NCBI RefSeq assembly: GCF_006345805.1
Contig: NC_042998.1
Span: 55,490,001 to 55,554,000, forward strand
DNA: 64,000 nt
Direction of reading: 5' to 3'
Origin: Octopus sinensis
Taxonomy: Eukaryota
Shown here one piece after another: positions 49,077 to 60,000 of this stretch; the first letter of the stretch is position 1, and every line of letters begins with the position of its first letter. The notes beneath the pieces are model-generated. The model made no database searches and had not been told where the DNA came from. It worked only from the letters and a program-made list of their open reading frames with translations. A program made the position numbers and the translations under genes.

Positions 49077-50423
49077 CATACATACATACATACATACATA
49101 CATACATACACACATACATACATACAGACACACATGCGCACACATCTTATCTTAAATATTCGAAATGTACTTTAATACCTAAAGGATGTTATGCATCGCT
49201 GCTAGAGTACGCATTGCTTGACAGGTGTGCTGTTAACATCTACACATTTCCCCTTTTCTTCATGAACGAAACAAAACAAAAAAACACACAAAAATCATGT
49301 ATTCAACGACCCCAGTTTCCAACTGTGAATACACTTCACTACAAATATCTTCGTTGACCCTATTTTAATATTGTACATGTAGCTAAGTGCAAAGGAATTC
49401 ATCCTCGCCACAAAGTGCTCTACAAAGTTTGTTTGATAAAATAATGAATATATTTATAATTTACTGCAACATGTTGTAGAAATTAAAACCATTCTTGTTA
49501 TGGTTTAAGTTAGTGAAGGCGTGGGGATATGTTAAAATAAGTGTTTGTATTCAGAGATATCTTTAAGGTGTCAAAATACGTATATGGATGCATGTATGTT
49601 TATATAAATAAGTGCGTGTGTATAAAGCAAGCACTGGGAAAAAAACCCACTTCTAGTCACTTAACTATAACGATACTATATGTCCGAAGTAAAGGCCACA
49701 TTCTTCTATCATAATTCAACATTTCTCATGGTACCAGCAAACAAAATAGAAAAGGTTTTGCCCCGGAGGATAGAGAGAGAGATGCGGTGGAACAGTCACT
49801 CAGACTCACGGGTCTCGTACTTGCGGACAACAATCTCTGCCCGAACAGTAGTGAGCAGGGATATGGTCCAGGAGGTTCGAACTCTGCAAGGGATTACGAT
49901 TCAAAGAAGTTTGATTAAAAGGGTACAAATCATTCGCTGAGATCGACTCAAAGGCACATATCTTTCTCCAACAAATTTATGGTCTTGTCACAGCATAACT
50001 AGCTATGAGTATGCTACTGAGCTGCGGATTGGCAATGTCTTTGAGAACGACGAACAAAATACTTGCATTATATTTAAGTAAAATCTTTTACATTCTGAGT
50101 TCAAATATCATCGAGCTAGGTCCCGTTTTCATTTTACAACTTGATAGATGATATTTATCCCCACTTAAACGTGGGTGTTCTGTTAGAACAAACTATACTG
50201 CTGTAGACACCACGAGAGAAACTCTCATATTGACTTGTAGTTTGTTCTAACAGAACATCTGCGTTTGTGTGCGTATGAGTGAGTGTGTATTTGTTTATGT
50301 TTACTCCTTATCACTGTTTAACAAGTAGTGTTGGTTTATTTACATCCCCTTGGGTTAGTGGCTCACTGGAAGTGAGCAGCTGACACCGTAGTACATCTCC
50401 AGCATTAGATGTTGTGCAAAGGC

Positions 50424-50433
50424 AATAATAATA

Positions 50434-50482
<49 letters not shown>

Positions 50483-50540
50483 AATAATGATAATAATGAT
50501 GATAATAATGATGATGATAATAATAATAATAATAATAATG

Positions 50541-50595
<55 letters not shown>

Positions 50596-50633
50596 TAATA
50601 ATGATGATGATAATAATAATAATAATAATAATA
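50424..50633. repeat. (AAT)n/(GAT)n microsatellite
   Basis: Direct reading. Confidence 0.95.
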
Positions 50634-51190
50634 AATGCCCTGATGCAGTACCAGGCAGTGGCTCTCATGGCTTCTGATCTTAACTGATTGGAAGTGTTAT
50701 CATGTACATTGTTTTGTCTTGGTATAAAAGATGGGCTACAGCAAATATTCTGCTCAATACCACAGATTTGCTTGTCAGTTTTTTGACCTTAACCAGTTGA
50801 GCATGTCCCTTAGTGGCTGACGATATGTGCATCTCTGATCACGAGCAGAAGTAGTGGGGGAGCATCATAGCCATGTGTTGAGAGGGATGCTTTGGGGTTT
50901 GAATAGTTCACCTCTGGAAACATGGGTGGTTCTTTCAACATCCTTAAACAACCCTTATTCGGGGACCGTTTGAGCGGGATGGGCTACTCAACCTGAAGAA
51001 AATTCAAACTGGGCCCCACCTGCAAGGTCATGTGCTGTTTATCTTGATATGAGATCACCATGTCGCGCACATATGGTTGTGATGCATGTGCCTGGTGTAC
51101 CTTTATCAGACGGGTAGTCATGATGGGTATATTGGGCTTCGTATATTTTACCCCAGTGTCACTTTGATGGCATGAACTGCTCTCTCACTC
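50634..51190. mobile_element. ~555-bp non-coding interspersed element embedded in (AAT)n
   Basis: A GC-richer block flanked on both sides by (AAT)n. Its terminus also appears at 12961-12985 in (ATT)n. Confidence 0.65.
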
Positions 51191-51247
<57 letters not shown>

Positions 51248-51295
51248 AATGATGATAATGATAATAATGATAATAATGATAATAATATTAATAAC

Positions 51296-51330
<35 letters not shown>

Positions 51331-51331
<1 letters not shown>

Positions 51332-51714
51332 TCTTTCTGCAATAGGAAATTTTAGGGGAGGGGATGAGTCGATTACATTGACCTCAGTGCGTAACTGGTA
51401 CTTAATTTATTGATCCCGAAAGGATGAAAGGTAAATTCGACCCCGCCGGCATTGGACTCAGAACGCGAAGCCTGACGAAATACCTATTTCTTTATTACCC
51501 ACAAGGGGCTAAACACAGAAAGGACAAACAAGGGCAGACATAGGTATTAAGTCGATTACATCGACCCCAGTGCGTAACTGGTACTTAATTTATCGACCCC
51601 GAAAGGATGAAAGGCAAAGTCGACCTCGGCGGAATTTGAACTCACAACGTAACGCAGACGAAATACCGCTAAGCATTTCGTCCGGCGTGCTAACGATTCT
51701 TCCAGCTCACCGCC
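51331..51714 (-). mobile_element. Dimeric SINE family B
   Basis: A full monomer at 51714-51485 with an alternative tail, followed by a 5'-truncated monomer at 51484-51331 ending in (ATT)n. Confidence 0.85.
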
Positions 51715-51780
<66 letters not shown>

Positions 51781-52712
51781 GAGAATGTCAGAATATAAAA
51801 CGAATTCATATGGGAAGAATGAAAAGCTAATTGAATGTAAATTTATTAAAGGTCATTTACACACACACACACACACACACATAACAGAGATTAGTTTCGT
51901 AATCAAACCAACTGGTCATGAATATAGGATTTATCAACGAATATATATAACTTCTTTCTACTTTTTCATGTGTGTATCATTGAACTGCAGCTAGTGTCAC
52001 ATATAGATTGGTATCCATGCCGCTGTTCATTCTCTCCTTGATTGAGATTATATGTAAGTTTCTAATATTATCTGGTCCTGTTTTGGCAGCTAAACTACAA
52101 CCCTTTTCTCATCATCAGAGCATTGCTTCTTTGTAACTATTCGATAATTATTCCCATGGTCGTTATTCTACAAAACATTGTTTCATGTAACCCTCTGAAG
52201 ATAAAGCTTATTAAGCTAATGACTTATCTTCCAATTAAATCTCATTATTTTACAGTTATTGTCCCCACTTCTAAGAAGTGTTTCCCCACAGTAGTTTTTC
52301 AGTAGTTTTCTTGCCTCGAAAATTCGTCTTACACAACTCTCTTCTCTTTTTCAAGATAAATATGATCTTAATTCTTTCAAATCTTAAGTTTAGCAATTTA
52401 TAATTATGAACTTCCAACACGTTTCCATCTTCTTAGATCTTGTTAGCGAATCATATTCGCTTCCAGTTATTTTTTCTTAACAGAGAAGTATCAAATTTAG
52501 ATATGGGAAATCATACACAGAATTTGAATTGGTTATATATAATTTACAAATGGTAGATGGAAAAGAAAACACCTCAGGGAAATACACTGCTATAATATCT
52601 GAGTTCACAAGCATACATTCACACACACATATATATTTACACACACACACATATATTTACACACACACACATATGCACACATATACACACATATTTATAT
52701 ATATATATATAA

Positions 52713-53000
52713 CAATGATAAATCTCAGAGTGAGTTATAAACAGTAGCGGTAACACATCGTGTCGCATATTTGCCATTTGAATATGGCTAACCCCTAAGG
52801 GTGGATGCTACTGTAGTTTGTAGCCCCAGGAAGATATCTCCTCCAGCTGGCTATAGACACACTATATACACACTATACTGATAGGGCACAGATAGTGTGT
52901 CTATAGCCAGCTGGAGGAGATATCTTCCTGGGGCTACAAACTACAGTAGCATCCACCCTTAGTGGTTAGCCATATTCAAATGGCAAATATGCGTCACGAT
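52713..53000. repeat. Fold-back element: ~44-bp tail plus 109-bp inverted arms (52757-52865 / 52892-53000) between (TA)n tracts
   Basis: Arms match at 107/109 by eye, with a 26-nt spacer. Confidence 0.93.
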
Positions 53001-53130
53001 ATATATATATATATATATTGAATGAAACAGTACTAGTCCTGTAGAAGCTCCTTCTATATAATAAATTAATTTTACTCTGCTATGTATTGAGTACCTTACT
53101 TACTGTGGTTAACCCCGGATCAACCGGGAC

Positions 53131-53171
<41 letters not shown>

Positions 53172-54063
53172 ATATATATATACACAATGATTTGCATGTG
53201 CATTCTTAATACATAAGAATAGAAATATTAAAAACTTTGCTAGCTCGGCACAAACATATAGGAAGTTGTACGAACGATAAGATCGACCTCAAGATATCTT
53301 TGGTACTTACTCTTTTAAGCCCGAAACGATAAAAGGAAAAAAATTGCACGCAGCTGATTTTGAACTTGGAACATAAGGGGGTCATAGATAAATACCTCAA
53401 GATTGTTCAACCACTGCACTTGCTATTTCAGCCAAACCACCTCCTTTTTGGCAGCTTGAATACTGAAATCAAATCAAACTGCAATGCTGCGGTTCCTTTA
53501 CCCCTTTGTTCTTCTTTAGTCAATCTGTCGCCGCCGCCACCAACTTAGCAGCCAAATCGTCGCCATTCTACTGCCGGTCTGCTAAATAGATGGTTGTTGG
53601 TCCGTTGAGTGGCAGACATGTCGCTGAGATTTAGGAACCAATCGGTTTCGCTTTGTTGCCGCCCCAAACAACGTTCACTATTCACTGACGCCTTTTATAT
53701 TCTGTATTTGGAGATGAAATTGTTTACGAGTAGCGAATGCCTTCTTGAATGACTGTTGTCAGCAGCTTGTTAAGATTAACTTCACTATACTCTCTCTCTC
53801 TCTCTTTCTCTTCTCTCTCTCTCTCTTTCTATTTTTCTCTTTCCCTTACTCTATCTCTCTTTCTCTCTTTCTCTTTCTCCCCCCCCTTTACAAACATACA
53901 CATGAATAGTGTAATATGTATACATATTTTTATGAGTGTATTTTAAGTGTATGAACACGTACGTGTGTATATATATATATATATATACTAATCCATTCTT
54001 GTTACTTCTTTCTCGTATATATATATATATATATATTATATAATATATATATATATATATATA

Positions 54064-54437
54064 GGCGCAGGAGTGGCTGTGTGGTAAGTGGCTTGTTTAC
54101 CAACCACATGGTTCCAGGTTCAGTCCCACTACGTGGCACCTTGGACAAGTGTCTTCTACTATAGCCTCGGGCCGACCAAAGACTTGTGAGTGGATTTGTT
54201 ATGTGTGTATATATGTTCGAGTGGATTTGTATGTGTGTGTATATGTTTGTGCGTCTCTGTTTGTTCCCCCCCCCCCACATCGCTTGACAACTGATGGTGG
54301 TGTTTTACGTCCCCGTAACTTAGCAAAAAGAGACCGATAGAATAAGTACTAGGCTTACAAAGAATAAGTCATGAGGTCGGTTTGCTCGACTAGAGACGGT
54401 GTCAAATAACTGAAACAAGTAAGAGTAAAAAGAGAGT
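54064..54437 (+). mobile_element. SINE family A
   Basis: Colinear with the other copies, with a small internal deletion. Confidence 0.88.
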
Positions 54438-54548
54438 ATATATATATATATATATAAAATATTATTTGAGACAAAACCACTATTTTGCAAAACAAACAAG
54501 GAAAGACTTAATCAATACATAAAATTTAATAAATAGTCAAAAAAACCG

Positions 54549-54591
54549 CCACTACAATCGTTTCTTGTCTTGATCGACAATCTTCAGGTGG
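54549..54591 (-). ncRNA. Minimal type I hammerhead ribozyme motif
   Basis: CCAC-CUGAAGA-UUGUC-GAUCAA-GACAA-GAAAC-GAUU-GUA-GUGG, with intact core and stems I/II. Confidence 0.8.
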
Positions 54592-55389
54592 ACTTCCAAT
54601 CTAAAAAATCAAAATTTTAAAATATAAAAATAATAATTTTAAATAATTAAGTATAAAGAAAAAATATAAGTATATAATCCATATATAACCTATATATAAT
54701 CCATATCGAAAATATAGACTAATTACCACGAATTCCCTAAAAAAACCATGATAAAACAAAACTCTTAAAAACATATAACGATAAAATCTCCCTTTGCTAA
54801 ACTCTATAACAAACCTATAAAGTAAACCCCCTAACCTAAACATTCACACACAAATACACACACGTAAACCACAGACTCACGACTTATACACATACCTATA
54901 CTAACTTATAAACCTCAATATACACCAAAACCCACTCCCTCCCCACACAGACAAATTAACACATACATCCCAAAACCTAAATAACAAACCCATATACACA
55001 TTCACACACAAAACACACACTCACACGCAAAACACTCACACACAAAAGATACATATACTCCCTCACATATACGCCTATACATACTCACTAAACTCGACAT
55101 ATACAACAATACTTACACACCACAAAAAACATTATATACATTTATGAGCTTTAACTCACCTTAGCATCTCTAACAAACAACTTGCAGTAACCCAATCCCA
55201 TTCTCTATGCCTACCTCACTACTACACTATACCATTCACATTCCAAGCAACGCTAGTCCACCACCCGTTATTCACGTGGCAAAACGAACACCACTCAAAA
55301 ATTATGAATGAAACAATGTAAAAAAATAACCAACACCTAAAAAGACAAAATACCACTAATTACCTAAAAAAACCATGATAAACCAAAAC

Positions 55390-55791
55390 TCATAAAAGCA
55401 TATAACGATAAAATCTCCCAGCTCCTATATTATATGATTTAGTTTTACAAATTATTTCCCATATTAAACTATAATTAATATTTAGTGATTTAAGACTCCA
55501 AATATACTTACTAAGTCCGGTTGAGTTGATTAAGTTTTTATTTTTAAAAGAATTCATATGTTGTGCGATTCTTAGTTTTATTTTTGAGGAAGTAGAACCT
55601 ATATAAACCGCTTTTGTGTAATTATTATTCTTAAAGTTATTATCATGTAATGTAACTATACATTTATACACTACATCGTTGTACCCCCTGTATTTATACC
55701 CGTGCGTGAATATACACATGGAGACTACCACACAGGTACAAATGTGTTTAGAAATGGGAGCCCCATCACTACACTTAATGTATACTCTCAC
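55390..55791 (-). pseudogene. GIY-YIG endonuclease of a Penelope-like element (5'-truncated)
   Basis: CTCVVVSMC linker, VVYKCIVT...VYIGSTSSKIKLRIAQHMNSFKN...NSTGLSKYIWSLK...YSLIWEII. Confidence 0.9.
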
Positions 55792-56857
55792 CCATCCGCA
55801 CGGATGTGTAAGTGTATCTCCGGTGTATATGTTGAGGCTTATATGTAGAGTTGTTGAAGTGAACGTCGTTGAAATTGTGAATGAATGGGTAGAGTTGGGA
55901 ATTGTAACCGGGTGGTGGACTAGTGTTGCTTGGAATTGTGAATGGATTAGGGTGGTAATGAGGTAGGCATTGAATGTTTAGGTTAGGGGGATTGCTATAT
56001 AAGTTTGTTATAGGGTTTAGCAAAGGGAGATTTTATCGTTATATGCTTTTATGAGTTTTGGTTTATCATGGTTTTTTTAGGTAATTAGTGGTATTTTGTC
56101 TTTTTTAGGTGTTGGTTATTTTTTTACATTGTTTCATTCATAATTTTTGAGTGGTGTTCGTTTTGCCACGTGAATAACCGGGTGGTGGACTAGCGTTGCT
56201 TGGAATGTGAATGGTATAGTGTAGTAGTGAGGTAGGCATAGAGAATGGGATTGGGTTACTGCAAGTTGTTTGTTAGAGATGCTAAGGTGAGTTAAAGCTC
56301 ATAAATGTATATAATGTTTTTTGTGGGTGTGTAAGTATTGTTTTATATGTCGAGTTTAGTGAGTATGTATAGGCGTATATGTGAGGGAGTATATGTATCT
56401 TTTGTGTGTGAGTGTTTTGCTGTGAGTGTTGTTTTTGTGTGTGAATGTGTATATGGGTTTGTTATTTAGGTTTTGGGATGTATGTGTTAATTTGTCTGTG
56501 TGGGGAGGGAGTGGGTTTTGGTGTATATTGAGGTTTATAAGTTAGTATAGGTATGTGTATAAGTCGTGAGTCTGTGGTTTACGTGTGTGTATTTGTGTGT
56601 GAATGTTTAGGTTAGGGGGTTTACTTTATAGGTTTGTTATAGAGTTTAGCAAAGGGAGATTTTATCGTTATATGTTTTTAAGAGTTTTGTTTTTATCATG
56701 GTTTTTTTTAGGGAATTCGTGGTAATTAGTCTATATTTTCGATATGGATTATATATAGGTTATATATGGATTATATACTTATATTTTTCATTTATACTTT
56801 AATTATTTAAAATTATTATTTTTATATTTTAAAATTTTGATTTTTTAGATTGGAAGT

Positions 56858-56900
56858 CCACCTGAAGATTGTCGATCAAGACAAGAAACGATTGTAGTGG
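56858..56900 (+). ncRNA. Minimal type I hammerhead ribozyme motif (mirror copy)
   Basis: Identical to the 54549-54591 motif. Predicted cleavage after GUA at 56896. Confidence 0.8.
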
Positions 56901-57117
56901 CGGTTTTTTTGACTATTTATTAAATTTTATGTATTGATTAAGTCTTCCTTGTTTGTTTTGCAAATAGTGGTTTTGTCTCAATAATATTTTATAATATTTT
57001 ACTATAAAATTGGATTTAATCCTAAATCTGATTTTTTTCCCTGTAAATTTGGATATATTCCCTAATATTTAATATTTAATAATATAATAATAATATATAT
57101 ATATAATAATATATATA

Positions 57118-57205
<88 letters not shown>

Positions 57206-58116
57206 ATATATATACATACATACATACATTCATACGCAATACACACTCGCGCTTACCCACACACACAGATATATATATATATATATATATATACATGCAT
57301 GTATGTATGCAAATATGTATACGTCGTTAGACGTATAAATTTACATATAGCTACATTCATATACACACATGCATACATACCCATGCACAAATATGTCGCC
57401 ATTTCTATTGAAGTGAACATTCTCACAATACCTACACACGAACATATATACAAACATACGATTACATATTATACTTACGAATATACACACATACTCAAAT
57501 AAATATTAACACGCTCACACACTCCGAAACGTTTCCACCGTCTCGCAGAGACATTTTACGTTGCATACAAACAATATATATGTTATGTTATGCGTATTCG
57601 TAAATATATGACTCCTATTATGATTTGTAAAACCACATATACGAAATATAATCGATCTTTTCACTAGAGTTAGTGATTGATTTCAATGCAGTCGATTGGA
57701 ACGCTGGGCGTATATAATCATCTTTTCAACAAATAAATATGATTTCTAACATTGGTGCAAGGCAGCGAATCCCGGGCAGGGAGAAAGAGAAAAGACGATT
57801 AGAAAAAAATTAAATGGATAAAACAGAGGGAAGGAGGTGGAATTACCTAGGGATGACTTCTGCATGAAATACAAGCAGCGAATTAGTAATAACATGCGTG
57901 GAGAGCGAAAAAATATAATTAATTACACTATACATCCCTTATCAGTTTTGTACTGATGAGACTCAAGTAGGTCGAGATATTAAGTATATTAAGTGTATTA
58001 AGGACTGTATAAGGATAAAATCCTCAACAGTTAAAATTTTTTAAAATCTAGTGCGTAAAGGAATAAGCACTACCCATTCCATCAAACTCAAATTTGTTTC
58101 ACTATTGAAAAGTAAA

Positions 58117-58242
58117 TAATAAATAAATAAATGCACCCTTTAAAGCCTAGCCAGGCTCATGGGCCCGGTTTCCCAGTTTCCATGGTGTATGTGTTCCCCA
58201 GCTGGATGGGACGCCAGTCCATCGCAGCGTTACTCATTTTAA
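58117..58242 (-). mobile_element. SINE family D 3' fragment
   Basis: GCTGCGATGGACTGGCGTCCCATCCAG...CCATGAGCCTGGCTAGGCTTTAAAGGG(TGCA)(TTTA)n. Confidence 0.75.
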
Positions 58243-58446
58243 AAAATTCTTTACCCCCACATTCGCATGATTTTTTAATCCAACTCTTTTATTTCCATCT
58301 TTATTATACGTAAATTTTTGAACATTGTCTTTCATTAACTCTTTACGCATGGTTTTTCATTTTCATTATTCATTGTTCAGTTTACACATCTTTTCCCGCT
58401 CTCTCTTCTTCCTTTATTATCTTTTCATTTATTCCTTTGCCTAACC

Positions 58447-58825
58447 CAGTGGATCTCAACCGTGGTCCATATGGCCCATGAGAGTCCATATAAGATCTTT
58501 GGGGGTCCACGCAACAAAATAGTAAAATGAGGATCCACAATAGTATTTTAAGGGACCCTGAAAATTTTTTACTTTAGATGTATGCATTGGTATGTATTGC
58601 AAGAAACGATTAGGTTTCTTTCTCTAACATTTTACATAGTCCAATCTACACGAGTTAATATGTGAAAAACAAAATGGGAATTTTGAAAGAAGTATCTTTG
58701 AAACTAGTTTTTCGGAATCGAATGGTTGTGGGGATCCACCAGTATAATACTAAAATCAAAGGGGTCCATCAGAATAAAATAGTAATCATAGGGGTCCGTA
58801 GATAAAAAATGGTTGAGAACCCCTG
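58447..58825. mobile_element. hAT (Charlie-like) MITE, 379 bp
   Basis: TIRs CAGTGGATCTCAACC / GGTTGAGAACCCCTG. Exact 8-bp TSD GCCTAACC at 58439-58446 and 58826-58833. Confidence 0.92.
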
Positions 58826-59189
58826 GCCTAACCGGTAGGATCCCACCCCTGCTTGCTTCTTCTCCCCTTTATTTTAATGTGCAATGGTTTTATTGTGAAC
58901 CAAAATGTATCTTTCACCTCATATATTATGTATTCAGTCAGAGCTTGGCTAGTTATACAAATATTGCCATTCAATCTCTGATATCTTCTGTCCTTAAGTA
59001 GCATCCGAATCCGCAACAAGAAATGCAGAGTAGCGATTGTTACTGATTCAGCTTCCAACAATACATATATTGTATATGTGTGTCTTCACACACCTTTAGA
59101 CATATGCATAAATACATACATGTATACTCACACAGACATCCATCTATCTCTCGCCCTCTCTCTCTAGATATATATATATATTTAGAGAG

Positions 59190-59231
59190 AGAGAGACAGA
59201 CAGACGGACGGACAGACGGACAGACATACAT

Positions 59232-59272
<41 letters not shown>

Positions 59273-59324
59273 TAGACAGATAGACAGATAGATAGATAGA
59301 TAGATAGATAGATAGCTAGCTAGC

Positions 59325-59369
<45 letters not shown>

Positions 59370-59385
59370 CGATAGATAGATAGAT
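59190..59385. repeat. Compound (GACA)n-(GATA)n microsatellite
   Basis: Direct reading. Confidence 0.95.
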
Positions 59386-60000
59386 ATTTGCCTTTATTTG
59401 TCGAAAGACATCTGTTGTTATTTTCTTGTTGTTTGTATGTGTAACTGTGTAACATTTTCCCCGTTTTCTTTCTTTTTTTTTGTCTTTGTTGTCATACACA
59501 TTCGCTTGCTTTCTCCTGAAACATTTAATGCTCTTAGCTTAGAGTTTTGGGGCTATCCAGATTTGAACAGATTTAAGTGTAACTGCAGAAACTGTAAGGA
59601 TAATCTGGAAACTTGACTGATGAGAGAAGGCTGCGAATGACCCGTCCTTGTCTTTTCATGTCCGTCTTTTCTTTTTTATTGTCCTTCTTTGTATTGTCTA
59701 TCTGTCCGGATGTTTTATTGTCGTCTGTTGCGTTCTTGTTCCATTTTTGGGGGATTTGTATATACATATATGACCCTACTAATCAGGTTATGGTTGGAAG
59801 TGTAACCCAGCGGTACCCTGCTTGGTAGGTTCATATTTCACTATGTTCTATTTTGTGATAAATTTTAAGTGTTAAATTTTGCTCTACAGAATTATTTTTC
59901 CCATGATGTAACACTTTTGTTCCTCAACAACTCTAGTAAACCTCAACCCATTTGTGTTATTTATTTATTCTTCACCTTACGTGGGACTTTATGTATATTC

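Larger units (their letters stand above)
54456..57070. mobile_element. Penelope-like element with inverted pseudo-LTRs (arms 54456-55419 and 56025-56990)
   Basis: ~965-bp arms that differ mostly by homopolymer indels, a GIY-YIG fragment in the spacer, a hammerhead in each arm, and (TA)n on both flanks. Confidence 0.9.

Noticed and set aside
50405-50687. Poly-Ile ORFs on both strands
   Set aside because: They are readings of the (AAT)n/(GAT)n microsatellite.
55972-56620. TTAGG/TTAGGG words as telomere addition or a telomeric EN-minus PLE
   Set aside because: There are only isolated one- or two-unit words within a repeated module, and the element encodes an endonuclease.
54456-56990. ADAR hyper-editing as the cause of the G/T skew
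   Set aside because: Editing of one hairpin RNA would enrich G on the same strand in both arms. Here the skew inverts with the arms, so it predates the inversion.
54456-56990. Long-read fold-back artefact
   Set aside because: Disfavoured, not excluded. The 605-bp spacer is asymmetric, the right arm has an extra tail that matches an independent locus (15711), and inverted pLTRs are known PLE biology.
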